DNA of 64,000 bases from Haliotis cracherodii (taxonomy: Eukaryota): positions 51,488,134 to 51,552,133 of the forward strand of contig NW_027266343.1 of NCBI RefSeq assembly GCF_022045235.1, given 5' to 3'. Shown here piece after piece: positions 12,480 through 25,686 of this stretch. The position numbers and the translations under genes were made by a program. Positions within the stretch are counted from its first letter, which is position 1. Every line of letters begins with the position of its first letter. The notes under the pieces were generated by a model. It saw only the letters and a program-made list of their open reading frames with translations. It was not told the DNA's origin and did not search any database.

Positions 12480-13700
12480 GCGTGAATGAATGATCATGAT
12501 TGGTTGAATGGATAGTTGCGATTGTGTGGATGAATTTTCCTGGATGTGTTGATGAATGTTCGTAAGTGGGTGGATATTCATGGTGAAGTGGATGGATGTT
12601 CGGGGTAATGTTGATGGATGTTCGTGGTGAAGTGGATGGATGTTCGTGGTGAAGTGAATGGATGTTCGTGGTGAAGTGGATGGATGTTCGTGGTGAAGTG
12701 GATGGATGTTCGTGGTAAGGTGGATAAATGTTCGTGGTGAAGTGGATTGATGTTCGTGGTGAAGTGGATGGATGTTCGTGGTAAGGTTGATGGATGTTCG
12801 TGGTAAAGTGGATGGATGTTCGTGGTGAAGTGGATGGATGTTCGTGGTGAAGTGGATAGATGTTCGTGGTGAAGTGGGTGCATGTTCTTGATGAAGTGGA
12901 TGGATGATCGTGGTAAGGTGGATTAATGTTCGTGGTGAAGTGGATGGATGTTCGTGGTGAAGTGGATGGATGTTCGTGGTGAAGTGGATGGATGTTCGTG
13001 GTAAGGTGGATGGATTTTCGTGGTAAAGTGGATGGATGTTCGTGGTGAAGTGGGTGCATGTTCTTGATGAATTGGATGGATGTTCGTGGTAAGGTGGATT
13101 AATGTTCGTGGTGAAGTGGATGAATGTTCGTGGTGAAGTGGATGGATGTTCGTGGTGAAGTGGATGAATGTTCCTGGTGAAGTGGATGAATGTTCCTGGT
13201 GAAGTGGATGAATGTTCCTGGTGAAGTGGATGGATGTTCGTGGTGAAGTGGATGAATGTTCGTGGTTAAGTGGATGGATGTTCGTGGTGAAGTAGATGGA
13301 TGTTCCTGGTGAAGTGGATGAATGTTCATGGTGAAGTGGATGAATGTTCGTGGTGAAGTGGATGGATGTTCGTGGTGAAGTGGATGTATGTTCGTGGTAA
13401 GGTGGATTGATGTTCGTGGTGAAGTGGATGGATGTTCGTGGTAAGGTGGATGGATGTTCGTGGTAAAGTGGATGAATGTTCGTGGTGAAGTGGGTGCATG
13501 TTCTTGATGAAGTGGATGGATGTTCTTGGTAAGGTGGATTAATGTTCGTGGTGAAGTGGATGGATGTTCGAGGTAAAGTGGATGAATGCTCATGGTGAAG
13601 TGGGTGCATGTTCCTGATGAAGTGGGTGGATGTTTGTGGTTATCTTGATGAATGTTCCTGGTGAAGTAGATGGATGTTCGTGGTGAAGTGGATGAATGTT
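12480..13700. repeat. 22-bp tandem repeat (gtggatggatgttcgtggtgaa), about 50 units
   Basis: Direct reading. A 66-bp (3-unit) frame periodicity creates the His/Pro-rich pseudo-ORFs 12409-13609. Confidence 0.9.
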
Positions 13701-14063
13701 CATGATCAGGAGGGGATGAGCTTTGGGCTAAATAGATGCTTATTATGGATGATTATTTATGGTTAGACGGATGAACGTGCGGGATCTGTATATAAAATGC
13801 GTTGGACGGCCAAAAAAAACCCCAATATTGATTTGGCTTTGTGGGGGATTGAGAGAGTATGTAAAACAATTTTACGATTCCGGCTATATCAGGAGCATGT
13901 GTTTATGAATCACTATCAAAAAGTGATAATAAAATATAACACGGGAACATGTGACACAAGTCAAAATAGGGAATTGCATCGTGCATGATTTTTTGTCACT
14001 GATATATCATATTTTTTGCCTAAATGTCTTATCCCCAAATTACACACGGGTGTTATATATGAG

Positions 14064-14228
14064 TGAGGGAGTGAGTATGGTTTAACGTCGCTGTTAGCAA
14101 TAATCTAGCAATATCACGGCGGGGGAAACCAGAAATGGGCTTCACACATTGTACCCATGTCGGGAATCGAACCCGGGTCTTCGGCGTGACGAGAGAACGC
14201 TTTAACCACTAGGCTACCCGACCTCCCC
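14064..14228 (-). mobile_element. SINE family B, full length
   Basis: TSD tgttatatatgag at 14051-14063 and 14229-14241. Confidence 0.85.
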
Positions 14229-14996
14229 TGTTATATATGAGGAAGTAAACGTAAGCTGACATTTGCTTTCTTTTCTGACAAACTGTTCTAAACCTTTGAA
14301 GATAGCGTTGTACAAAGTTGAAAAATTAAATGTTGTAACAAAATTAAACTTGGTTTTTTTCTGAGATTGCAAACATTTAAGGGAGTCATATGCGTTTTCT
14401 CAAATACTAGTACTCTGTGAATATAAGACCAACTCCTTCCTTGATTGTATTAAGGATTAAGATTATTCTTTGAGACAGGGATTTGGTGAAAAATTTGTTC
14501 ACTGATAAATCATGTTTTGATTATCATTTCAGACGTGGCGCTGAATATGTGAGAAATATGTCATCCACAAAATAGAGATGAAAACGACAGGCGAAATTGT
14601 CCTCCAAAAGAAAACTTCCGTCTGTCTTTTTTTTATTGTGTTTTATGCTATTTCCGTTTTTCAAATTTAATGTTTGTCAGGCATTTGTGATTAAGTATGC
14701 CATATATTATTAAACTCAGCAAAGTTGCCATGTAGACCACATACTTTTTACCAGGTCCTCGCGAAAAGAAAGCGTACCCTGTCCCACCGGTGGCACCCGT
14801 CACAAACACACACAAAGGCAAATCAATTGAACAAGTCATGACTTCATACCTCTTCTAAAATTACATGCGTTATGTCCTTGCTGTAATGAAATATCTGTAT
14901 AGAGAAAGCTTCAAGGAGTCAATTATAAAAGGCAAATAAAGTGAATATTCAATACATTTTTTTCTTAAAAAGCAAATCGAACATGAACTCGATCAC

Positions 14997-15204
14997 TCAG
15001 CAATATTGAAGCTATATGACTGCGGGCTGTATTTAATCGAGTCTGGACCAGACAAGATAGTGATTGACACCATAAGCCTCAATTCACGCAATTTGGATCG
15101 ATGAGTACCCGGTCCCGTTAGCCGCCTATTACGACAAGCAAAGTCACCTTTTACAGCAAGCATCGGTTGCTGTAGACCTATTCTACCCCGGACCTTCACG
15201 GGTC
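14997..15204 (-). mobile_element. SINE family C, diverged
   Basis: Body homology to ctcagcaatattgaagctatatgac...ctaccccggaccttcacgggtc. Confidence 0.65.
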
Positions 15205-16861
15205 TTGCATTTTATAACCCTTATCAAACATCTTTTGAGCATCAGTCGTATGATGCTCTTCACTTTAGGTGCGGCCCTGGGTGTCTGACAACGGACGGAG
15301 TCAGGGATCATTTGGTACATGTACACTCAATACTTATTTGATCTTCGCTACATGTAGACGCTGGTGTCCACTCCAAAACAACGCGATGGTGTGAATGAGT
15401 TGCAATATATATGTGGATTGTTTCATGTCGATAGTTCACGCACTTGCAGTCAGTTGAAGTTGCGTGAAGTGATACAGTGAGGATTAAACGCTTTCGATAG
15501 TGTTCTGTGTACTGTAATGTTTGACGTTGGAAGGCAACATGGCACTAGTGTAAAGTCATTCCGGCTCAAGTAACAAACATACACGAGGAACACATGAACT
15601 ATGAACTTCTATAATGAACAATAAACACGGCTATATGTCATTAACTGTGAAAAAAATGACTCAGCTCTTAAACCAGATGAATTGTTTGATAGGCATTACT
15701 TAGAAGTTGCCGTACGACAAAGTAGACACAAGTTATGGATAACAACTTCTTTAATACTGTAAAGGCAACGTTTCGGTATAGATCCTTATACAGTTGTCAA
15801 GCAAGACTGAATGAGGAACATTGTACAGAATATATTTAGTAGGTGGAGGATAAACAGTAGCAATAATTTCATACATGAGTGGGAAAACATGAGAAAGTAA
15901 GGAAAACAGAAGAATAATACTGTCACAACATGATGGACAGAGAAGACATAGGTAGAAGCCAATGGGATATGACTCCAGTTAAACAGGATAAGTTTGTAGA
16001 GGTGTAGTGATTATTGCTTGATGAGTTCATAGTAGGCGGATGGGATGAAATAGCCTTGATCTCTGTTGATTGATGGCTTGTGGCGGCAAATGTGGACTGT
16101 TTCTGTTAGTTTTCTTTTAGTGAAACCAGATGTTTTTTTTATAATAGGGGGAACTGAAGAGCTAAAGACATATGGCACTATGGCGGACAAGCTACCATTA
16201 GTCTTCACATGTGAGGTTAGTTTACGTGAAGCTGCTCTATTTCTACGCGCAAAAAGGTTATATTTGAGTTACCTACTACAATAAGAAACATGTTAATGCT
16301 GCCCCTAAAGTTTTCTTTAAGCTATTGGATTGTCGGGTTACTCCGATTCTTGTGTACGCATCTGGAATTTGAGGGGTCAAGAGATTTGAGAGTATGGAGA
16401 AAACCTGCTTACTTTGTACTTACTTACTTGTTCGTACTTACTCGCTTGTGTGGTATTCGTGTATAATATGACCAATGCAGGAAGACTGCCTCCCAAATAA
16501 AGCGCACGTGTTAATTTATTTTTACACAAAAACATAATACAAATTGGGCTTCAAATAATAGATACCTTCTATTTTCTCTATTTTGTTTGGCTGTCAAACA
16601 AACGGAGATAAAACATACTTAATCATTATTGTTAAAGCTATCGTGTCATTTGATTGTCTGGATTTTTTACAGGGCCCCGGGGCATGGCAGGAGTACCGCT
16701 GTGCAACAGTCAACAAACAAACAAACAAACACTTACTTATTAATGCACACTGAGTGAAGGACGCTCCCAGTACAGCAGGACATCCATTCAGTAATCCTTT
16801 CACACATTCCCACTTTTACTTTGCCTTTTACACCTAAAAGAATCTGTTTCTACGGATGATC

Positions 16862-17143
16862 GGGGGCACGGGTGGCCCAGTCGTCTAAGGCGCCGCGATT
16901 CGCTGTTCAGAGTTGCGTCCCTTGGGCACGCCAGAAACCTTTGATTGTGGGTTCGAATCCCGATTCGCCCCAATTATGTTTCTAGGTTTGTCAGCACCAT
17001 ACCCTTGCTCGTGGGTTTCACCGAAGTGGTAAACGTCTTAGACCTGCATCACTTCGAGCTTTCCTCCCACATTACGCTGACACGCCGTGATATAACTGGA
17101 ATAATGTTAAAAACGGCGTTAAACCCAACTCACTCACTCACTC
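16862..17143 (+). mobile_element. SINE family A, full length
   Basis: Same consensus as the 3565 copy. TSD ctacggatgat flanks both ends. Confidence 0.85.
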
Positions 17144-17807
17144 TACGGATGATCGAGACTAGTTATTCTCTGGCCTTAACGTTCTTTATCTATTATGTTT
17201 AATTAAAATTGAATATTTAACCAAAGAACCGTATACGTCTTAACTGAATTAAAGATGTTACAGCTTCGAAACATTTTAGTGAGGTTTAGCGGGGTTTTGA
17301 GAAATAATGAAGGTGTTTGGCCAAGATCGATGTATGCGTGAGAATCAGTCCTTGATGGGATCGGGGTAAAGAGGATGGATATCAGTTTTTACTTGTATGC
17401 GCTGCTTTGGGTGCTATAGAATTTAATATTTACCAGTGGACTATGACCTTCATACTGAATAAAGCATTGATTGATTGAATTATTGATCGATTGATTCAAA
17501 GTCTGTCTGCACGTGCTGACACGAATAGTAGTCTTTAAAAAAAAATATAATATTCTAGCCATGGGATACCAAGAATGTGCTTGATTTGAAAAGGAAAACA
17601 AACGCTCATTTAAAAGGGGATTTGAGGAAATGGTCAAAACAATAATGAAGGATGAAAATATGAACAAAACAAACGTAACATTTATCCCCTCGCACGATTT
17701 AAATAAAAAATTCATTTGATTTTCTGCAAACAAAGCCGACTACAGGCAAGAATGGTTGGTCCACCTCGCAAAAAGCAAATACTTGACGAAATGTTGGTGC
17801 CATCACT

Positions 17808-18070
17808 TTGTTTGTTTGTTTATTTGCCGCACTCAGCAATATTCCAGCTATATGACGGCGGTCTGTAAATAATCGAGTCCGGACCAGACAATCCAGTGAA
17901 TAATATCATGAACATCGATCCATGCAATTGGGATACGATGACATGCATCAACCAAGTCAGCAAGCCTGACCACCCGATCCCGTTAGTCGCCTCTTACGAC
18001 ATGCATAGTCGCCTTTTACGGCACGCATTGGCTGCTGAAGACCTATTCTACCCCGGATCTTCACGGGTGG
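17808..18070 (-). mobile_element. SINE family C
   Basis: (gtttgttt) tail, then the body consensus. Confidence 0.75.
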
Positions 18071-18484
18071 GCCATCACTTGTGGGAGGGGGGATGGAAAG
18101 TAGTCGAAACTTTAGTAAGGGCTGACTTAATTCAGTGCATATATTATTATATTTCCCTGTATTCCAAACACCCTTGGCTACACAATTTCTCAGTGGAATT
18201 TCCTCCTACAAAATCATATTTCCCTCTCCCTTCGTCAAATTCTTATTTTCACTCCTTTTTACGGTAGAGTTTGTTCTGATTCTCTTCAGATATACATTTA
18301 TTAGTTATAGTTGTTTTTTATTCAGTAATTACTTGTTTTGCATTTGGAGTAAGTGACACATAGAAGTGACACCAAGCAACAAAGGAACTTGATATGAATC
18401 CTTACTTTAATATGTTCGAGATTTGTCCCACACGTCGTCAAAACCCTTTCCAAGATCACAAGAAATCTCTAGTTTTTCCAGTGT

Positions 18485-19140
18485 ATGATTCCGACAAGAT
18501 CATAAACACGTGTCCATGAATCACTATCCAATATTACACTATCATAAGCTTGTGTCCATGAATCACTATCCGATATTACACTATCATAAACATGTGTCCA
18601 TGAATCCCTATCCGATATTACACTATCATAAACATGTGTCCATGAATCACTATCCGATGTTACACTATCATAAGCATGTGTCCATGAATCACTATCCGAT
18701 ATTACACTATCATAAGCATGTGTCCATGAATCACTATCCGATATTACACTATCATAAGCATGGTTCCATGAATCACTATCCGATATTACACTATCATAAA
18801 CATGTGTCCATGAATCACTATCCGATATTACACTATCATAAACATGTGTCCATGAATAACTATCCGATATTACACTATCATAAGCATGGTTCCATGAATC
18901 ACTATCCGATATTACACTATCATAAACATGTGTCCATGAATCACTTTCCGATATTACACTATCATAAGCATGGTTCCATGAATCACTATCCGATATTACA
19001 CTATCATAAGCATGGTTCCATGAATCACTATCCGATATTACACTATCATAAACATATGTCCATGAATCACTATCCGATATTACACTATCATAAACATGTG
19101 TCCATGAATCACTATCCGATATTACACTATCCGAAACTCC
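18485..19140. repeat. 42-bp tandem repeat (gtccatgaatcactatccgatattacactatcataaacatgt), about 15 units
   Basis: Direct reading. The unit is a multiple of 3, so both strands give long artefactual ORFs (18469-19242 and 18510-19166). Confidence 0.9.
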
Positions 19141-19383
19141 GAAACGACAGCAGCTTTTTATCCTAGTTTCCTTTCTATGAAAGGGTCTTGTACCGATGTA
19201 GAAAACAGTACAGGAATAACCGTACAAAAAGCGGAGTGGCAATTATATACGTTCACAGAGATCTGGAAGTTCCGACGTGAACGAAAGTAAAACAACAGCT
19301 TCTTTAATTTAATTAGCTCAGTTATCAAGTGTTATCAAAGTTGCATCAAAAGAGAAAAAGGTATCACATTTTGTAATACATTG

Positions 19384-19478
19384 GAGTTGTGTTGCCACTC
19401 ACTCACTCACTCACACACTCACTCAGGCACGCACTCACACACAGACACTCACCCACTCACTCACTCACTCACTCACTC
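19384..19478. repeat. Complex (CACT)n/(CA)n microsatellite
   Basis: Direct reading; resembles an expanded SINE tail. Confidence 0.7.
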
Positions 19479-20171
19479 ACTCAAGGAAACATACGGTCCT
19501 TGAAATATCGGCAATCGGGAATGTAAGATCATGACAAAATAAGAACAGTCACACAAGCCTGTTAAAATAACTCCTAAACAACAAAGGGAAGCAATCCGCA
19601 AAAGTATTGGGTTGGACATTTAGAAGTTAGAAGAATGTAAAGACATGAAACTTTTGGCTACAAAAGTTCTTTATTCTTTGTCACGGCTGTTCACAAATAC
19701 TTTTTTATCATTTCATCAGGACGGTTTTGAGGAGGAAAATCAATCAAAAAGTTGTAATCCGTTACAGGTTTAATGTCAGCAAACACGGATTTGACAAGGT
19801 CCTTAAGCGAGTATTGATTCACCAGAAGCCACGAAACTGTACAAACAGGGAATCTTACCGTTTCTTTGGTCTAAAACTCATTTGTCATATTTATCACATT
19901 CCATAAAACCACGACAGGAAATCCTGACACAATGGTAGTCAATATTGTCAATAATAAAACATGATGTTGGTGTGAACAAGCAATGCAACAGTGAGAGGAT
20001 CAATGTTTCTCTGTGGTTATGAAGATTGTCATTTAATGTCTCCGTGATACAAGGTACATCTTGATCGTATAAATAATATTGCAAAAATGGTAACAAAACA
20101 TAACACAATGATCTTATTGATAAAATCATTATTGCTAAATGTTATGGTTATCTAAGACTCAATTATCGCAA

Positions 20172-20398
20172 TAGACCAGTGAAGATTCGGGTTAGAATAG
20201 GTCTTCAGCAACCCATGCTTGCAGTAAAAGGCGACTAAGCTTGTTGTAAGAGGATCGAGAGGGCAGGCTCGCTGACTTGGTTGATGCATGTCATCGATCC
20301 CAATTGCGTGGATCGATGCTCATGATATCAATCACTGGATTATCTGGTCCAGACTCGATTATTTACAGACCGCCGTCATATAGCTGGTTGTTGCAAAA
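20172..20398 (+). mobile_element. SINE family C, 5'-truncated
   Basis: Body consensus. Confidence 0.7.
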
Positions 20399-21333
20399 TG
20401 AGTTTCTTTTTATTCTAATGCCATCGTGGAAAGTGTGAGTTCATTTTCGTGTTTTTCTACCTGTAAAAATTTGTGAACTAAGCTCATGTCAAATTGTCAA
20501 GTGTAGTCTTCTTCATTGTGTTTTCATTTTCATTGGCAGTTATCGATGTCATCATCGTTCACAAAGGTAAACCTGTCTGTATTATGTCCGGTATTTTGGA
20601 TTCGGGTGGTCGTTAAATTCATCAAACAGCAAGTCCTTTAACACAGACGCAAACCCGGGCTTGGTGGTGATGATCTTGCCACATTCTTGGTGCACTAGAA
20701 ACAGTTTCTGGCAACATCGCAATATGAATCTTGTAACATCAATCTGGCCATATGCCGTTTTGACAACAAAGACATTAAATGTGTTCAGAGGTTTAATTAT
20801 ACGAATAACTATTCATGTCAGTCAGACCTCCGTCCGCTTTAACGAGGTCATTTACATTGACAGGTGTCAAATGGCCAGCCATGTTTGTTTACAAACTCAG
20901 ACGTAGTTTTGGTTTTAAGTGTAAAATGAAGATCATTTAAAACAAATGAAATAAAATAATGTGAAATCATGTTGTTGATAAGAAACTATATTTATTGCCT
21001 TTAAAACACTTGAATCAGTGAGATTGAAGCACGCAAAACATCTGAATGAAAGGCTTGGATTTGTGAATGAATGGGATTGGAAAAAATAGTCCCGTAGTCC
21101 AATGAAAACTGATCATTGTTCAACTGACCAATCAGCTTCGAGAATCACTAATTGCACACTGTGCAAATATCAAAAAAGATATTACACTGCATATTGAAGC
21201 CCATATGGTTTATAAACCTCAAATTGGTCCCAATCAACAAGAAATGATGATGTATACATGCGCGTCACACATTGGATGACGAGGCATTTGTCTATCTTAA
21301 AAGGTTCATTATACACAATATATTGTATGACAG

Positions 21334-21598
21334 GGGGCACGGGTGGCCAAGTCGTCTAAAGCACCGCGATTCGTTGTGCAGAGTTGCGTCCCTTGGGCAC
21401 GCCAGAAATCTATGATTGTGGGTTCGAATCCCGGTTCGCCCTAATTATGTTTCTAGGTTTGTCAGCATCATACCGTGCTCGTGGGTTTCACCGAAGTGGT
21501 AAACGTCCGAGACCTGAATCACATCGGGCTTTCCTCCCACATTAAGCTGACACGCCGTGGTATAACTGTAATACTGTTAAAAGCGGCGTTAAACCAAG

Positions 21599-21600
<2 letters not shown>
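21334..21600 (+). mobile_element. SINE family A with a (CA)30 tail expansion (21601-21660)
   Basis: Same consensus. TSD attgtatgaca at 21321-21331 and 21662-21672. The tail is replaced by a (CA)n microsatellite. Confidence 0.8.
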
Positions 21601-21663
<63 letters not shown>

Positions 21664-21834
21664 TGTATGACAATGGACAGCTTAAACGTCAGATCATACA
21701 TATGTGCACTAAGAGTTATCATTCACCAAATGAAGCAATATCGACAAAATTAAATTAACGTCACAAATAAGAACGTTCTTTCAACGTGATGTACATTGTA
21801 ACAAATGTTAAATTTGTGATAACACTTTCTTATT

Positions 21835-21947
21835 AAAGTACAAATTCTAGTACTTTTGGGGGGTTCAGGCCCACCCGGGACCCAGAGTGAGGCACCTAAA
21901 CACCACCACAGTCGGCGATCTAACCCACCGTGGCTTCCAGTGGCTGA
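21835..21947 (-). mobile_element. SINE family D 3' part, inverted partner of the 22107-22215 copy
   Basis: Reverse complement of ...gagttcgaatc...cccccaaagtactagaatttgtac. Confidence 0.6.
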
Positions 21948-21948
21948 G

Positions 21949-22106
21949 GGGGCGGTCGGGTAGCCTAGTGGTTACTTAGCGTTCGAAGACCCGGGTTCGA
22001 TTCCCGACATGGGTACAATGTGTGAAGCCCATTTCTGGTGTCCCCGCCGTGATATTGCTGGAATATTGCTAAAAGCGGCGTAAAACCATACTCACTCACT
22101 CACTCC
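21949..22106 (+). mobile_element. SINE family B inserted at the centre of an inverted SINE-D pair
   Basis: TSD ccag(t/g)ggctgag at 21937-21948 and 22105-22116. Confidence 0.8.
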
Positions 22107-22215
22107 AGGGGCTGAGTGGGTTAGATTGCTGACTTTTGTGCTGGCGATTAGGTGCCTCACTCTCAGTGTGAGTTCGAATCGGGGATGGGACTCAACCCCC
22201 CAAAGTACTAGAATT
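22107..22215 (+). mobile_element. SINE family D 3' part
   Basis: gctgagtgggttagattgctgac...gattaggtgcctcactctcagtgtgagttcgaatcggggatgggactcaacccccaaagtactagaatttgtac. Confidence 0.6.
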
Positions 22216-22751
22216 TGTACTTTACTAAAAAAAAGTGTAATCCCAAAATAACATTTGTTATATTTGACTACTTTCTAAATGGCATTGTGTTTTCGTGATG
22301 TACAATGTTTAATTGTTTAATTAATTAATGTTGTTTCTATACTAATCGGTGACTGTTACCCATAGCCTGCATAGTATCACTCAAAGGTCCGACTCTCTGC
22401 AGAAGGACAAATTGCTTGACAGCTACAGATAATACATGTCATCAGTGCTTGGAACATGGTCAATACTCAATGGTGAATGTCGTTGACCGCAGGCGTCAGC
22501 AACGTTCCGGCTGCATCACGTCGGTTGTAATTCACCCTGGCTGGAGGAACCATCCACCGATGTTTTAGGTAAACAATTATTTTGTGAGTTGAAAGGTAGG
22601 GCGTGACGCATATTTAACCAATGTTCCTGCAATTTCACGGTTTAGAACATCAAAGACATTACACCAGTGCCCATTTCGGGACTCGAACCCGGATGTTTGG
22701 TTAATGGGACCGTTAATGAGCAAATACCATAACCATGCCGCTACCAAAATG

Positions 22752-22757
22752 TTTATT
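22752..22757 (-). other. Candidate polyadenylation signal AATAAA for the SLC23-like gene, about 350 nt after the stop
   Basis: tttatt on the plus strand reads as AATAAA on the minus strand, downstream of the TGA. No transcript evidence is available. Confidence 0.25.
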
Positions 22758-23105
22758 AGCTTAAGCGAGAAGCACATGAACTTATTTATATCATATACTA
22801 TGCATTCTTTTGTGTAGGTGAATTCAAAACACATGAAACAGTTCCAACCTAACTAGAATACCATCTAGATTCTTCGTGGGCATTCATTTTCAAATTGTCT
22901 AACCGTTTGAATACACGTATTTCACTGACCTGGGCTAGTGACTGGAAAATTACATTAATCGTAGCAGTGAGTATGACATAAGTAAGGAAAATTGCAAACA
23001 GTAGACAGATTGAACTAAGTACACAATTTAGGGAATGCAAAATAGTAAACCACCTTCAAATGTAATGCCTCATATTTTGTAAAAAAAACGTTTTATGCCA
23101 GATGC

Positions 23106-23365
23106 TCAAAGCATATCCATTTCAACGGTGGAGTTTAACTCCACACCTTCTGAAACAGTGTGGTTGGATAGAGAAGATTTTGTCAAGGAAGGCATAAAAG
23201 GCAGCTTTGCAATGAGTGGCAGCCTGTGGTAGATACGCGGCAGGAAGTACCATCCATAGGCATCTTGGGCGGAAATAATGTTGTAGTTATCTCCCTTCCC
23301 GTGTTTGACACGTGACACATTTTGGTTCTTCCGCCAAGTGACAAGACCCCTATCTTCCGGTGTTC
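23106..23365 (-). CDS. SLC23A-like: SLC23-family transporter, terminal coding exon 11 (GTPEDRGLVTWRKNQ...YGWYFLPRIYHRLPL...; TGA at 23106-23108)
   Basis: Acceptor ctattttcag|GAACACC. The translation aligns to the SVCT2 C-terminal tail [34 protein letters not shown]. ORF track 23106..23318. Total CDS is 1827 bp, about 608 aa. Confidence 0.85.
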
Positions 23366-24098
23366 CTGAAAATAGAAAGAACCGTGTTGAAGTGTTTTGT
23401 TTGCTTCACGCCGTAGTCCGGGTTTACCACGGCTGCCTATAAATCGTGGCCAGGCAGACCAGTGGTTGAAAAAAATAGCATCGGGACACTATGACACGCA
23501 ATCAGTCAAGTCACTGTCCGACCCCATTCAACCCCATCTTACTCAATGGTAAGCTGACCACCTACTTTTATCGAGTACCGATGACACCTGATCCACTGCC
23601 AATGAATAGTCATGTCCAGAAAATGAGTGCCACGGTACAGTAGCTCACCTGGGTATGTAATTTAAAGTGTCAACAAAGACTTGTCAAACGATCCTGCCAG
23701 CATTGAGTTTCCTATATTTCAGAATAAATACTCTGGACTAACACCTTTTTAAGAGGAGAAGCCGAGAGAGCCGAAAGTGCATTTTTGAGAATTTCGAGGT
23801 TTAGAAACTCTGAAGGTCAACTGAAGGTCAAAATGTAAAATGTCGTGAGATCGGAACGTATGTGTTGCTCCCCACTACAAAGAAAATTCCAAAATGCATG
23901 ACATTTTGAAATAAACAGGTTGAGAAGAGGCAGTAAGAAGTTACAACCTTCAGATGGGTCAAAGGTCAAATCAAGGTCAAATTGTAAAACATCGCAAAAG
24001 CGGGACATATGTGGAACCCACAACTGACCACACATGGACCACATTCCATTGAATTTTGAAAAGATGTGGCTGAGGGGGGGTGGGGGGTGGGGGGGGTT

Positions 24099-24190
24099 TA
24101 CAATGTGTGAAGCCCATTTCTGGTGTCCCCGCCGTGATATTGCTGGAATATTACTAAAAGCGGTGTAAAACCATACTCACTCACTCACTT
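24099..24190 (+). mobile_element. SINE family B, 5'-truncated, preceded by a G-rich run
   Basis: tacaatgtgtgaagcccatttctggtgtccccgccgtgatattgctgg...actcactcactcac. Confidence 0.7.
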
Positions 24191-24486
24191 TTCAAAATGG
24201 TCAACGTGATTTTCAGTCATATAGCTTTCAGTCATATAGTGTCAGGATATTAGCTTTCAAAGCTAAAGCTTTCATTGGGTAAGGTCACGGGTTATCTCCA
24301 ATTCAACTGTTAATAATACTATCAGCCTTTGTGCCCATTCAATTACTATTTAATTCTCCTCTAAACCTTCTCCTGCTAACCGTACAGTCGTGGGCCTGGT
24401 CTGACTCGGAATTACTGAGGGATTTACGGTCAAAAATAAAACTTAACAGATAATCCCCACCAAATTCATACATTTCAGCACTTTTT

Positions 24487-24870
24487 GGACATCCTCTGTG
24501 GTCTCGTGGTAGAGCGTCCGTTCGAAGAGCGGAAGATCCGATGTTCGATCCCCGGCCGCGTCACACCAAATGACGTTAAAAGATGGTACTTGTTGTTTAC
24601 CAGACCCGTGAAGATTCCGGGGTAGAATAGGTCTTCAGCAACCCATACTTGCCGTAAAAGGCGACTATGCTTGTCGTAAAAGGCGACTAACAGGATCGGG
24701 TGGTCAGGCTCGCTGACTTGGTTGATATATGTCATCGATCCCAATTGCGTGGATCGATGCTCATGATGTCAATCACTGGATTGTCTGATCAAGACTCGAT
24801 TATTTTACAGACCGCCGACATATAGCTGGAATATTGCTGAGTGCGGCGTTAAACAACAAACAGAATAAAT
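24487..24870 (+). mobile_element. SINE family C (tRNA-like head + ~250 bp body + aaacaacaaac tail), apparently full length
   Basis: The head tggtctcgtggtagagcgtccgttcgaagagcggaag...gttcgatccccggccgcgtcacacca has a B-box. The body is shared with 13 other copies. The tail is gcggcgttaaacaacaaac. Confidence 0.75.
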
Positions 24871-25166
24871 GTTGTTAACCTGTCTGGGACTCGGCATTAA
24901 GGGTCTAAAACAAGGACTTGTCAGCTCGGAGTCGGTATAGTGTGTCTGAGCGGGGTATTCATGTCAAACTGCGGCATGGTATCTCAGTGAGCTAGCACTA
25001 TAAATCGACATCAGTCCGGACAAGTACAAAAACATGCAATAATCTTGGACGCGACGTTAAACCCAGTTTCACCTCCCCTCCCCTTTTTCTCCGTCCGATC
25101 AATTTTGACAACGCCAGCCATAAGATGTACTTAATGCATGTAGGTTAAACAAAACAACCTCCATAC

Positions 25167-25262
25167 CTTTAACTGTGGTGTCGAGGACTATGGACAAAAG
25201 TCCACCAACAAACATGGGTGTTCCCAAAGCTACTTTCAGCACCCCGTCAACTTCAGCAACAC
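25167..25262 (-). CDS. SLC23A-like: SLC23-family transporter, exon 10 (GVAEVDGVLKVALGTPMFVGGLLSIVLDTTVK)
   Basis: Acceptor ttattgtag| and donor TTAAAG|gtatgg. The span is 96 bp, phase 1 to 1. The translation aligns to SVCT2 [30 protein letters not shown]. Confidence 0.85.
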
Positions 25263-25686
25263 CTACAATAAGCGAGAGATGGACACTTATGTCAAGACGA
25301 ACATAATGTCAACAAAATTTCCTCTCCCCCCTTAGGAAGTGTAATACAGTATAGTTATGTTAACTAAATTAGTTAAAGATCATGAAATAGTTCCGGGCAT
25401 AGCTATACTTTATTACACTACACATGGGGGTTGACCTTGTGGTTTATTAGAGATGGATTTCAAATCTAATTTGTAATAAACTGTTCCGCAAAATGAAAAC
25501 CCTTGAACAGGGAGGTTCAATTAAGAGACAACGCACGGTTTTAATAAAAAAAACCATCAACACTTAAAATATATTATTATATTATCCGGTCAGTGTGTGA
25601 TTATCCATAATCCAATGCAGTAATATGTAGGATTTAAATTTAAGTTTTTATATCAACTTGCTTCGGTTTAATCACATTACTCGAAA

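Noticed and set aside
12409-13609. Long minus-strand ORFs (164-228 aa) with HPLHHEH... repeats
   Set aside because: They lie entirely inside the 22-bp tandem array. The ORFs are open in overlapping frames only because of the repeat, and there is no start or stop context.
18469-19242. 257-aa and 218-aa ORFs on opposite strands
   Set aside because: Artefacts of the 42-bp (14-codon) tandem repeat. Both strands are open, which is not expected for a real gene.
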